Shown here: positions 1 through 11,000 of the stretch, piece after piece
How the letters are laid out: every line of letters begins with the position of its first letter
How positions within the stretch are numbered: the first letter of the stretch is position 1
Origin: Felis catus
Lineage: Eukaryota
Reading direction: 5' to 3'
Assembly (NCBI RefSeq): GCF_018350175.1
Contig: NC_058369.1
Coordinates: forward strand, 2,854,001-2,918,000
DNA length: 64,000 bases
Position numbers and translations under genes: made by a program
Notes under the pieces: model-generated
The model's database searches: none
What the model saw: the letters and a program-made list of their open reading frames with translations, nothing else
Told to the model about the DNA's origin: nothing

Positions 1-3000
1 CATCCGCACGCACTTCGAGCTGGAGGCCAGCCCCCCGTCGGGCCTGGGCTTCACCCGCGGAGACGTCTTCCACGTGCTGGACACGCTGTACCCCGGCCCC
101 GGGCAGAGCCGCGCCCGCGGGGGCCACTGGCTGGCGGCGCGCATGGGGCGCGACCTCCGCGAGCAGGAGCGGGGCATCATCCCCAACCAGAGCAGGTGCG
201 TCACCCCTCGGCCTCGGCTTCCCCGCCGCAGACGGGCGCGGCCTCCCGGCTCCCGGGCCGGGTTCCCGCCGCCCTCCGTGCCCAGCCCCCTGCCTCCTCC
301 CCAGGGCGGAGCAGCTGGCCAGTCTGGAGGCCGCCCAGCGCGCCGTGGGCGCCGGGCCGGGCGCGTCTTCGGGCTCCAACGCGCGGGCCGAGTTCTGGCG
401 GCTGCGGGGTCTCCGTCGAGGGGCCAAGAAGACCACCCATCGGAGCCGCGAGGACCTGTCCGATCTGACCAGGCAGGGTCACTACCCGCCGTATGAACGC
501 GTGGTGCTTCGAGAAGGTGGGTCCGAGGGGCGGGGGGCCGAGGGGAGGGGGGGGGGCTCGTAAGGCTTTCGGAAGCTCTGGACCAAGTCTTCCTCCGCGT
601 CCAGGCTTCGGAAGCCCCCATCCTTAACCTCCCCCCCCCAAAATACCGAAGGGTCCCGAAGGAAACAGGAAAGGGCTCCTTTCCTTTTCCGGTAGAGATC
701 CGCAAGCCGCAGGCGCAAAATCGAAAACAAGTGCTTACCCGTAACTTAAACAATTGACCTTGTTACCATACCCAAAGTATTTTAACAGATAACCCAATTA
801 TAAGTAGTCGGTGAGATATTTCACACCCTCTTGTGTGTGTGTAAGCCCTGGTGTGTATTCTGCACTCGGCACATCTGGGTTCAGACCAGCCACGTTTTAG
901 GGGCTCCACGGCCCCACGTGGCCTGCGGTGGCCGGCCGGGCGTTCCGTGCGCGCTGCCCTTTCTAGGGTGTCAGCTGGCGCTGAACAGACACCCTTTAAA
1001 ATACACGGATACTGTGAACAGGCGTGAGACCGAAGCCTGAACACGCGTGTCCACAGCAGCATGGCTCACAACGGCCCAAACGTGGAAACAACCCACATGC
1101 TCACCGACCGATGAAGGGATACACACAGTGTGCCCACCGCGCACGCGCGCGTCCGCAGATGAACGTGTCCACCGCGCACGCGCGCGTCCACAGATGGACG
1201 TGTCCACTGCGCACGCGCAGATCGCTGCCCCGCCCACTAGCAGGAGCGAGGCGCCCACACCCGCTGCCCTGCAGACAGACCCTGAATGTTTGACGCTCAG
1301 AAAGGGAACCAGACCCCAGAGCCCACACGGGGTGTGAGTCCACGTGTGTGAGACGTACAGAACAGGCTCATCCAGGGACAAGAAGGGGGTTCGTGGGGGC
1401 TGGAGGGGGTGACTTTTTTTTTAAGTTTATTTTTTTATTTTTTTTTGAGAGAGAGAGACAGGGTGTGAGCAGGGGAGGGGCAGAGAAAGGAGACACAGAA
1501 TCCGACGCAGGCTCCAGGCTCTGAGCTGTCAGCATAGAGCCTGACGTGGGGCTCGAACTCACGAACCCTGAGATCATGACCTGAGCTGAAGTTGGGCGCT
1601 TAACCCGCTGAGCCACTCAGGTGCCCCTCAAAAATAAACTTTAAAGAAAAAATTCAAAAAGTCCTTTCCGAGGGATGGGAATAGGGGTATCAGGAGGGGG
1701 CTGACTACTCCCTCTTCTCCTGCCATTGTGCGTTCTGTGCCCGTTTCCTCATGGCTAAAATGATATAGCCATCGGTCCAGTGGTTGGCAAACTCTTCCTG
1801 CAAAAGTTCAGACACGGTTACTATTTTAGTCTTTGTGGGGCCGTGTGGTTTCTTTCAAAACGACTCCACTCTGCACGAAGGCAGCCAGAGGCAGTACATG
1901 AGTGGACGTGACTGTGTTCCAATAAAACTTTATTTATAAAACAGGCAGCGGGCCGGATGTGGCCCCACGGGTTGTAGTTTGCTGTCTACTGACTTCAATG
2001 CTATAACCCAACCCACGTGAGAGCTGCGGAAGCAGAAAAGAGCTTCTTTTTAAGTCCTAGCCCGGGTGTAAGTAACGGAGGGTGGTCTCACATCTTGTTT
2101 TTCTGCCTTATGATGTGGTCCGAGACCATTCCAGCCGGGGAAGAGGCAAGAAGGTGAACAGGGATCCTATCTTTCCTGGAAGGCTACAACCCAGAACGGC
2201 GCACAATTCTGCTTGCACCCCATTGGCCGGGAGGTGGTCACGTGGCCCTCCTGCCTACAGGGGACGCTGGGAGATGTAGTCTTCAGCCGGGCAGCCATGG
2301 GCCTCGCTGGGTCTAGCGGTCTTTGCTGCAAATGGGATCTTGATTCTTGCCGTTTCTCTGCCCCTCAGCCAGCTTCAAGCGCCCGGTGGTGATCCTGGGG
2401 CCCGTGGCAGACATTGCCATGCAGAAGTTGACTGCGGAGATGCCTGACCAGTTCGAAATCGCAGGTAAGGAAGCAGCCTTGTTGGGGGAACGATTTCACA
2501 GCCTCTTCCCCAGCGCGGGGGCCGAGGCAGCTTGATGAGGGGGCTGCTGCTGCTGCTGTTTCGGGAAAGAGTTAAAACAGCCACGGCAGGCGGGCACGAG
2601 GCAGATGAGTCACCAGCGCCCCCTCCAAGGCCTGGGCCAGACGTCCTGAGCCAATCATGGCGCTCTTTGTCTGGATAGAGCCTCAGAATCCTTCTTAACA
2701 CAGTTCGCCGGCAGCCATTGCCAAAGCCATTGCCGATGAACCCAACGTGCCACCTGTCCCCTCCTTTATTGAGCTACAGACACAGCGTTGAGCAAGATAG
2801 ACAACTGTTCCCCCGAGAACACCAAAAATTCACGAACAACTACTGAAACAAGCTGGGGGGGGGGGGGGTGCGGGGTCAGTAAATTAAAGCTCCAGGGCCA
2901 AATCTGGCCCATCAGCTAAGTGTTTATACAGCCTGCCAGCTAAGAATGGTGTATCTACACATTGCAAACGGTGGAAGAGAAGTTAAAAGAAATGTGATGT

Positions 3001-6000
3001 GACACATGAAAATGATATGAAATTCACATTTCAGCACCTATAACCTATCAATAAAGTTTTATTGGGATACAGCCACACCTGTTGGTTGACACACTGTGGC
3101 CGCTTTCCAGCGGAGAGATGTGTTTGCAGAGCGGATGCCCTGGAATATAGCATCAGATCGAAGCCCCGTGGGGTGGCGATCTTGGTCAGGAGCCCCCCAA
3201 AGGAGGGCGGAGGGGCTTTTCTTGCAGACACACACCGTCTCCTTGCCAAAGCGTCCCCTGGCCGGGGCTTTGGAGCGAGGCCGTTCTGTGGGCAGGTGTC
3301 ACCTCCAGGCAATTCCTGCTCCTCCTGGCTGGGTGACCCTGAGCTGGTGGCTTGCCCTGAGACCTCACTTCCTCGTCTCTCAAATGGGGTTGTGCTTGGC
3401 AGGAGGAATGAGTGTGGGAATGGTCTTCGTGCCCGTGTGAGGTGCGAGCATTTCAGGAGGTGAGGCCCTTTCTCACCGCCCCGGAGGGCTCAGCAGCCTT
3501 CACGGCTTTTTCCCCACAGCAAAAGGGGAGGCAGGGTCTGTGGGAAGGGAACTTGGAGGAAGGACGAGGCTCCGGCGTGTGGTTTGGAGGGCAAGGTCGT
3601 CTTAACATCACTAGTCGCCGGGGAAGTGCCGATCAGAACCACAGTGCGAGGCCAAGCGAGGCCCGGGACGGGGCCAGAGTGTAACAGAGCAAAACAGAGC
3701 ATAGCAAGTGTCCGTGAGGATGTGGAAAGTGGGGGCCCTCGTGCTCGGCTGGGGGAGCGTGAGACCAGGCGGCCACTGTGGAAAACTACGAGCAGCTCCT
3801 CGGTTACACAGAGAGCGAGTCCACGTCTGGTCTATACCGAAGAGAAGTAAGGGCCGGGTCTCAAACGGGCACTTGCACCCCCACGTTCCCGGCAGTATTA
3901 GCCACAGTGAAGGATAAACACAGTGTCCGTCCACACACTGGAGTATGATCCAGCCGTAAAAAGGAAGGACGTCCTGCCTCCTGCCACCACGTGGGCGGAC
4001 CCGGAGGACACTGAGCAGTGACAGAAGCCGGGCACAAAAGGACACGTCCCGCGTGACCCCCTGGAGGAGTCCCGCCCACAGAGACAGAGAGTAGATGGTG
4101 GGAGCCAGGGGTGGGGCAGGAGGTGGGGAGCCAGTGTTTCATGGGGACTGAGTCTCATTTCGGGGACATGGAAAGTTCTGGAGACAGATGGCGGGGGCGG
4201 CTGCACGACAGTGTGAGTGTGCCTGAGGCCGCTGAGCTGTGTGCTTAGAGATGGTGAGTTTTATGTTCTGTACATTTTATTTTACTTTTTAAATTTTTTT
4301 AATGTTTATTTTGGAGAGGGAGAGAGAGAGAGGGAGAGAGAGAGACAGGGTGCGAGCAGGGGAGGGGCAGAAAGAGGGAGACACAGGATCCGAAGCAGGC
4401 TCCAGGCTCCGAGCTGTCAGCACAGAGCCCGACACGAGGCTCAAACCCGCAACCTGTGAGATCATGACCCGAGCTGATGTCAGACCCTTAACCGACGGAG
4501 CCCCCCCAGGTGTCCCTGTTCTGCACATAACAATAAAATAAATTAGGTAGGGTTCTGCCCCACTCCCCCCCTTTTCCTTTTGGGCCCCCCCCCCAGGGCA
4601 GGGCGTGTCACCTCCATCAGCCCTTGGCTGTCCTGCAGGGCTTCCTGGAGGAGGCAGGGCTCTATCTCGAGTCCTACAGAACTGATGGGGGATGGGAGAG
4701 CAGCAGACGCAGCCCGAGCCAAGTTGGGGCCAAGCGGGGCGCAGCTACTGTCTGGAACACAAACACCACATCGGGCTCCTTGCCCTGCGGCTTGTCGGCT
4801 CCGTGACCCCGAGCCAGTGACCTTATGTCCTTGAGGCTGTTTCCCACCTGCCACATGGTCCACGGCAGTGTAGGCCACGGTCCGGAGGGAGACTGAGTGC
4901 AGCGAGTCAGGCTCGTGGCTGTTGTTAGACTTGCCCTCGGGGTGATGGGCAGCCATGGTGGGTTCTTGAGCAGGGGAGGGGCAGGTAGGCCCGAGAATCT
5001 GAGAATCTGAGCGGCGAGGGGAGCGCCCTTCCGCAGCCGCCGGTCACCTCTCCCTCCACAGACAGCGTATCGAGGACCGACAGCCCCTCCAAGATCATCA
5101 AGCTGGATACCGTGCGCGTGATCGCCGAGAACGTAAGCAGGGCCCCGCTCTGTGCCCCGTTTCAAGGGTTGGGAAACCAAGGCCCAGGCCTGCAACCCGT
5201 TCTCGCCCCGGCCGGGCTGCACGGCACAGACCCCCTCGGCGCCCCTCCCGGAGGTGCTGCGATGCCGGGGCTTGAGGGGGACAGAGACACACAGTGGCGA
5301 GCCCTGGGCCGTCACAGCCCCTGCCCACTGCGCTCGCCTGCGCCCTGAGGTCAGGGTCCACCTTGACCCCAACCCTCCAACTCCACCTCTGATCTTCTGA
5401 CCTTTCACCTGCCTCCTGACCGGTCCGCTGCGTCTCTGGGTGTTTCTCCCCTTGCCGTCTGCCCTGCCCTCCGCCTCCGCCTCCGCCTCCGCCGCGGGCT
5501 GGGCGCAGAACAAGCACGCGCTCTTGGACGTGACGCCGTCGGCGGTGGAACGCCTCAACTACGTGCAATATTACCCCATCGTGGTCTTCTGCGCCCCCGA
5601 GAGCCGCGTGGCCCTCAAGGCCCTGCGCCAGTGGCTGGCGCCCGCCTCCCGCCGCAGCACCCGCCGCCTCTACGCGCAAGCCCAGAAGCTACGCAAGCAC
5701 AGCGAACACCTGTTCACGGGTAGGCGGACGGCGGGGTGGGGGGGAGGCTGCGTGGGCGGTGGGTCCTGGCCGCGCACTTGCGGCCACGCTGAAGCCCCCT
5801 CCCCGCAGCCACCATCCCCCTGCACGGCACGAGTGACGCCTGGTACCGGGAGCTCAAGGCCGTCATCCGCGAGCAGCAGACCCGGCCCATCTGGACGGCC
5901 GAGGACCAGGTACCCGGGGCGGGGGTTGGGGCACGTCCACGGCCAAGGTCGGACCTGAGGTGACGGTCTGGACCCGCTTTGGCAGTGAGGTTGGAGGCCG

Positions 6001-7726
6001 GGGGTGGGATTGGGAGGAGGGGGCGGGGCCTTGGCTCAGCCAGGCCACGCCCACCCCGCAGCCGGACAACTCGTCGGAGGGCAACCTGGACCTGCCTCAC
6101 CGAGGCCTGGCCGACAGCTCTGCGGATCTGAGCTGTGACAGCCGGGTCAACAGCGACTACGAGACAGACGGGGAGGGCTACACGGATGGCGAGGGCGGCC
6201 CCCACACGGACGTGGACGAGGGTCCGCCGGCGCCAGCTCTGGCCCGGTCCTCGGAACCCGTGCTGGCGGATGAGCCTCAGAGCCCGGGGGATCATGGGAG
6301 AGCCCCGGGTCCCCGAGGGGCCCAGGTAAGCAGGGCACAGGCGGCGGCGGAGGGGGGGGGGCGGCCTGGCAGGGGTCTTGGGTGGGGCTGGGACACACAG
6401 GGGAGCCTGTTTGCCACCAGAATGTTAACGAACAGAAGCTTCTCTGATAATCAGTGTCTCAGACCCGGACCTAGGGTATTTGAGGCACTGAGTCACTGAA
6501 CAACTTAAAACAAACATTGTAACCTCTGTATTTCCTTATCTGGGACATAATGAAATGGATGAATCTTGACGTCACAAGGTGGCTGTTTAAACTCAATGCA
6601 CTTCGTCCAAGTCCCAGCCCACACTAGTTGGGTGTTTAACAACAAGTATTTATATAGCATTTGTTCTTACTGAGCCTGCCTCAGCCTCTGCAGTGCCCTT
6701 TATAAATTCGACAAAGGCAACCCTTCCTCCAGACTGTCTCTTGTTAAATATAAAAATGTACAAATCTGTGAGGTCTCTGCTTGGAATGGTGCTTCCCTGG
6801 AGTTGTGCAGTATCCAACCTGCTCAACTGTCCATGGCAGCTTGCTTATGGGGCAGGCACTATCCTGAGCACTTTCCATACAGGGATTTATTTATGAGTTC
6901 CTAACAACAGCCCTCTGAAGAATTCTACAGCTGGGAACCCACTTCCCCCTTTGCTGACAGGCTAGGGGATCGCAGCCAAGGCCTTTCTCTGTCCCACCCC
7001 ATTTTCTCACTAAAAATTGGAGGAGTTGCAGACCTGTGTGGGGCAAGGAGAAAGCGTGGGTAGCACCACCGGGGCCAAGGTGGGAAGCTGGGATGGGGGT
7101 CCTCTACACCCTACTTTGTCTTACTCTGGGGGAAGTGCTGACCTCCTTTCTCCCCCTCCAAGGTGGATGGCCATTCCCCCCATGGTCAGTGGCGACAGGA
7201 CAGCATGCGGTAAGAGCCCCCCCCCCCCCCCCCCCGTAGTCCAGATTGGGGCCCCTCGGCCCTCTTCCTGGGACTCAGGCTCTGGGGGTGACGAGACCGA
7301 GAACGAGGCTATGCCTTCATGGTGCTCCCAGCCCAGTGGGTGGTTTGAAAGCAGACAGGGTCACTCAGACCCCCATGTCGTCAGGGCCAAAGAAGCAGAT
7401 GCCGTCTTCCTACGAGGACTGACTGGGAAAGTCTCCTGAAGGACAGGACACTGGCTGGGGCTTTGAAGGATGTGTAGGAGTTCGTTAACGAGGCTTGATC
7501 CCTAAATGCACAGTCTCGCTCATCTCTGTCCACACCCACCGTGCCCCGCAGAGTCAGCCTCAGGTAAGGGTGGCTCCTGCCTGTCCCCTGCCCACAGCCT
7601 CTGTTCTATTTCCTGATCCCCAGGACATACGGGCAGGAAGCTTTGAAGAAAAAGTTCACGCGAGCTCGAGACATGGAGTCCTCTGACGAAGACGGCTACG
7701 ACTGGGGCCCGGCCACCGACCTGTGA
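1..7726 (+). CDS. TJP3: Tight junction protein ZO-3 (MAGUK), 3' part: SH3, GUK-like domain, acidic tail, C-terminal PDZ ligand -ATDL; 5' end lies outside the window
   Basis: Exons <1-195, 305-516, 2369-2464, 5062-5132, 5509-5719, 5809-5909, 6062-6325, 7163-7209, 7624-7726 (TGA). All GT-AG and phase-consistent. Translation includes IRTHFELEASPPSGLGFTRGDVFHVLDTLY, FKRPVVILGPVADIAMQKL, KHALLDVTPSAVERLNYVQYYPIVVF and SSDEDGYDWGPATDL*, matching ZO-3. Confidence 0.96.
730..960. mobile_element. MER33/MER3-like hAT-Charlie DNA transposon relic
   Basis: ggtgtgtattctgcactcggcacatct...cagccacgtttt...cacgtggcctgcggtggc resembles the recalled MER33 end. Boundaries approximate. Confidence 0.5.
990..1410 (+). 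mobile_element. Old L1 (L1M-type) 3' UTR fragment, GC-enriched
   Basis: cggcccaaacgtggaaacaacccacatg...gatgaagggata...tgtgagtccacgtgtgtgagacgtacagaacaggc follows the L1MB-like 3' end. Confidence 0.65.
1130..1218 (+). repeat. 35-bp tandem repeat, ~2.5 copies
   Basis: Unit GTGTCCACCGCGCACGCGCGCGTCC(G/A)CAGATG(A/G)AC starting at 1130, 1165 and 1200. Confidence 0.85.
1414..1627 (-). mobile_element. Can-SINE (felid SINEC_Fc type)
   Basis: Reverse complement gives a tRNA-derived head (ggggcacctgagtggctcagcgggttaag), a (CT)n tract and an A-rich tail. Confidence 0.92.
1778..1992. mobile_element. MER58A DNA transposon relic
   Basis: cagtggttggcaaact...ccaataaaactttatttataaaacaggcagcgggccggat...tagtttgc. 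Confidence 0.7.
2100..2300. mobile_element. MLT1 (MaLR) LTR fragment
   Basis: ccattggcc...ggtcacgtggcc...gctgggagatgtagtctt, typical of MLT1K/L. Confidence 0.5.
2875..3165. mobile_element. MER58B-like DNA transposon relic
   Basis: gggccaaatctggccc...atatgaaattcacatttcag...aataaagttttattgggatacagccaca. Confidence 0.6.
3700..4270 (+). mobile_element. Old L1 (L1MA/MB-type) ORF2 end plus 3' UTR fragment, GC-enriched
   Basis: gaggatgtggaaa...ccactgtggaaaac...acagagagtagatggtgggagccagggg...gaaagttctggaga...ctgcacgacagtgtgagtgtgc. Confidence 0.7.
4276..4516 (-). mobile_element. Can-SINE with target-site duplication
   Basis: Full SINE body flanked by tgttctgtacat (4264-4275) and tgttctgcacat (4517-4528). 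Confidence 0.92.
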
Positions 7727-7830
7727 CCCCTCCCAGGTGGCCAGCTGGCCCCTATCCCCTCTTCCTCCCTAGAGCTGGGACTCAGTTTCCCGTACGGAAC
7801 CTAGAACCCTACCTCCTTCTGCCAGTCTTT

Positions 7831-7836
7831 AATAAA
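7831..7836 (+). terminator. TJP3 polyadenylation signal AATAAA
   Basis: AATAAA ~105 nt after the TJP3 stop. Confidence 0.8.
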
Positions 7837-7961
7837 TAGAGTATTTTCACAGCACTGGCTTCTAGAGATTTCCAGGAAGGACACCGAGTTGAGAGTCGGT
7901 CGTATCCTTCCTCTCTCAACACCACAGATCTCGAGCCAAGATGCTGCCCGTTTGTTAAGCA

Positions 7962-7967
7962 TTTAAT
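7962..7967 (-). terminator. Probable APBA3 polyadenylation signal ATTAAA
   Basis: tttaat on the plus strand, ~105 nt downstream of the APBA3 stop. Confidence 0.65.
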
Positions 7968-8071
7968 GTTTTCAATCAGAGAATAACAGGGAGCCAAGAA
8001 GCCTCCGGAGGCCCCGCGGACGGAGTCCCGGGGCTGCTGGCGCTAAGGCACGGTGGCGGGCTGGTGGCCGG

Positions 8072-11000
8072 TCACAGGTACACGGGCTGCTCCTGGCCCG
8101 TGAGCAGGCGGTAGGTGGCGGCCGGCATCGTTTTGATGTGGACCTGGGGGGGCCAGAGCGGAGGCCGGCGGCTGGGGGCGGGCCTGGGCCGGCAGGAGGG
8201 CACGCCCCCCGCCCCGGCCCCGCCCCCGGCCCCGCCCCGGCCGCTGCCCGCGCACCTCAACGTGCGCCTCGGTGAGCAGCTCGATGATGCGGGCGTGCGG
8301 CGTGGCCACCACGCTGTGCCCGTTGATCTCGATGATGCGGTGCCCCACGCGCACGCCCCCGCGCTCGGCGATGCCGCCCCGGAGGAGACTGCAGATCTGG
8401 AGGGGGCGGGGAGGGGGCCGTGCTGCTCAGGGGGGGGGGCGCCGGTCTCCCCCACCCCCACCCCCCTCCCAGCCTGTCCCGGGGCCGGGGTCTCACGATG
8501 CCGTCCTCCACGCAGAAGCCCAGCTGTTCGCGGGCGTGGGGCCGGCGGATGATGGCCGTGGTGACCGGCGGGCAGTGGATGATGCTGAGGGTCACCAGCG
8601 TCTGCGACTTCACCTCCTGTGCGCGACAGGGGCTGTGGGCTTAGCGAGGCCCCCAGGGCGCTGCCGGACCTCGCGGCACGCTGCAGCTCCCTCCGGGCCT
8701 CAGTTTACCCACTCGTAAAATGGAGCTTTGGAGTCAGGGCCCTAGATTCTAGAAGGCTCCTCGAGAAGCAGTTAAGAACACAGGACTCAAGCCCGGCAGC
8801 CTCGGGTCGGAGCTGTGTGACCTCTCCCCTCCCTTCCCGCGGCCTCCGTTTCCTCGCGGGAAGCAAGCTTCTAGCCAGGTCGGCCGTGCTCACTCCTTAA
8901 CCTGCTGCGTGGGCCGTGTCGGACCCGCCCTCCTGATCTGGCCAGGTCCCTCCCCATGTTCGGGCCTCAGTTTCCCCATCCAACAAAAGGGTCCAGACTC
9001 AAGAACACGCTTGCTGCCTCGCGGCGGAGAGGAAGGCCCCCGGCTCCGTAGCTGGGCTGCTGGTGCTCCCATCCTGCCTTCACCCCATCACGGTCACCCG
9101 GTCCCGGACCAACAACGTCCCCTCTCCAAGACTCAGTTTCCCGGAGCACGCGGCAGCGGGGGGTGGGGGGGGGACTTAATGCTCCATGCCCCTCTGGACT
9201 GGCCCAGGGAAAGCACCCTGCCACCCTGAGAGGACTCACGCGGACGGCGGCCTGGCAGGCGGCCAGGGGCAGCCCCACCAGGCTGGTCCCGTTGATGGCA
9301 GTAAGGCGGTCCCCGATGCTGAGGGCCCCCGAGCGCTCGGCAGGGCCCCCGTGCAGCAGGTTGGCGATGACGGCCGTGGGCAGCAGGGAGCCCCAGCCCG
9401 ACTCCACCAGGGCCACGCCCAGGCCCTCACCCCGACGCTTCTCGATGCACACCTGGGGGGGGGGGGACACGGTGGGTGGGGGGCATGAGGGCGGCTCTGA
9501 GGGGGGCTGGCAGGGGCCCCCCGGCCCGCACGCTCACCTCCCTGCAGTTCTCGCTGTTGGAGAAGTGGTCGAGGTCCCCGTTGTGGAGGTGGCCGGGGCC
9601 CGCGGCCCCCAGGCTCTGCTGGGCGCCCACCTGGCTGGGGTCGATGCCGCTCTCCCGGAGGAACTGCCCGTAGGCCACGCTGAAGGCCTGGCCGATGGCC
9701 TGAGCAATGAGCTGGGCCTGCGTGGCGACGGGCAGCGGCTCTCGGGGGGGTGTCCCGCCCCCTCCTTCAGGTCTCCCAGACCCTCGGGCGGGCGTCCTCG
9801 GGGCTGAGCCCTCCCGGCCCCACCAGGGACAGGATTCCTGGGAGACGGCCCCGTGCCCTGTGGCTACGGGGACTGTGGAAAGCAGCCGCTGTCTTGGGGA
9901 GTCTGTCGGGGGAGGGGAGGGACACCGGCCTGGAGGGGGGAAGGCTGGGGGGTGGGCCGCCAGTCTCTGAGGCTTATGGCAAAGACCAGAGGCCCAGGGG
10001 TTGGTGGGGGAGGCAGCCGACAGCGCTGAGGACCGATGGGAGGACACTGCAGGGACGGCGTGACCAGGGGGTCTCTGGAAGAGCGCAGGGCGGGCCCCGA
10101 GTCCCCCTCTCCCCCCCACCCCCCCCCGGACGCCCGGAGCCGGGCTGCTCACGTCCTCTGAGTGGAAGACGTGACAGATCATCCTGTAGAGCTGGCGGCT
10201 GTGTGCCTGGGGCGCCGGCCTCCGGGCCAGCCGCCGCCGGGCCATGAGCACCAGCACGTTGCCGATGTCGGCAATGTAGGAGATGGTCTGCAGGGCGTGG
10301 TCCATCATGGCCTCCTGCAGGGGGGCGGGGAGACCAGGCCTGGGCGGGCTGTGCGCACCCTCCGGGGGGCGGGGGCGCCCCCAGCCCGGTGGCCGGGCCC
10401 GGCCCTGTACCTGGGAGTCGGCCGTCAGAACCTTGACCCTCTTGGTGGAGACAAAGAGGTCCACCTCCGTCATGGGCTGGGTCTCCCCCTCGGGGGCCTG
10501 TGGGGGGGGTGGGTGGGAAGTGGAGGCCCACCAAGACCCAGCCTCTGCCCGCCCCACCCCCGCCAGGCTCCGGGGGGCCTCGGAGGACCGGCCTGCGGCT
10601 CCCCCCTGCCCCCCCCCACCTCCCGCCGGCCCTGGGGAGCCCCACCTGCCCGGCCCTGGCTTCACCTTGACGCGGTCCATCGCCTCCCGGGCCTGGGCCA
10701 TGCGTGTGCTGGGGGGCGGGTTCCGCTCGGACACCAGCTGGGTGGAGCCCAAGTATTTGGCCCCAAATATGACACCGTCTAGGAGGTCTTCATGGTCACA
10801 GGGACCAGGGACTGAAGGCAACAGCGGAGGAGGGTCAGCCCGAGAGCCCCGCCGGCCGTGTCCAGCCCCACACGCTCCGCCCAGGGTCCCGGCTCCCACG
10901 GTGGTCTGGAAGCACCGGCTTCTACCCCCCCGCCTGGCACTCGAGCCACGCGGGTCTGCCCGCCGTTCCAGAACCATCCCAGCAGCAGGAGGGACAAGCA

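Noticed and set aside
1921..3055. Sense-strand AATAAA in TJP3 introns (1921, 3050)
   Set aside because: Part of the MER58 consensus; no evidence of use as intronic poly(A) sites.
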